38,405 bases of DNA from Elusimicrobiales bacterium (GTDB taxonomy: Bacteria > Elusimicrobiota > Elusimicrobia > Elusimicrobiales > UBA9959). The position numbers were made by a program, and so were the translations under genes. The DNA is taken from assembly GCA_049972095.1 (NCBI GenBank), contig JBMFKQ010000011.1, positions 4,892 to 43,296 on the forward strand, written 5' to 3'. Under the pieces are notes generated by a model that worked only from the letters and a program-made list of their open reading frames with translations, ran no database searches and was not told the DNA's origin. Each line of letters begins with the position of its first letter. Within the stretch, counting starts at the first letter, position 1. This document shows, piece after piece, positions 38,349 through 38,405 of the stretch.

Positions 38349-38405
38349 GGGATAAATAAAGAGGATAGAAGTTGTCAATGAAGAAGGGTGAAGAGAGGGT
38401 TTTAT

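Overview
AT-rich, gene-dense chromosomal window from a diderm bacterium. The gene mix suggests Elusimicrobiota, but that is inference only. It holds 31 CDS, the first cut by the left edge. I found no rRNA, tRNA, CRISPR array, transposase or integrase. Housekeeping and metabolic genes are pepT, DUF47+PiT, class II fba, an atypical transketolase, DUF296, era, an AmmeMemoRadiSam radical SAM enzyme, a lipid kinase, a divergent phosphopentomutase, a short asparaginase, M18 aminopeptidase, RluA, GH3/NagZ, NupC, murB and rocD. Three envelope modules are interleaved: (i) FlgP/LPP20-like lipoprotein, FlgT-N-like lipoprotein and secreted FecR-domain protein, with no flagellar or sigma genes in the window; (ii) a divergently transcribed GldA/GldF/GldG-like ABC system plus DUF4340; (iii) a translationally coupled HEAT protein, a thermolysin/fungalysin-like protease with a T9SS/FlgD-like C-terminal domain, and a PorV-like beta-barrel, the best candidate for an undescribed cargo-plus-shuttle export system. 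Non-coding signals are a perfect palindrome giving back-to-back -35 boxes, several leaderless-type promoters, and two related degenerate 7-bp repeat tracts, one abutting a frameshifted signal-peptide gene relic.
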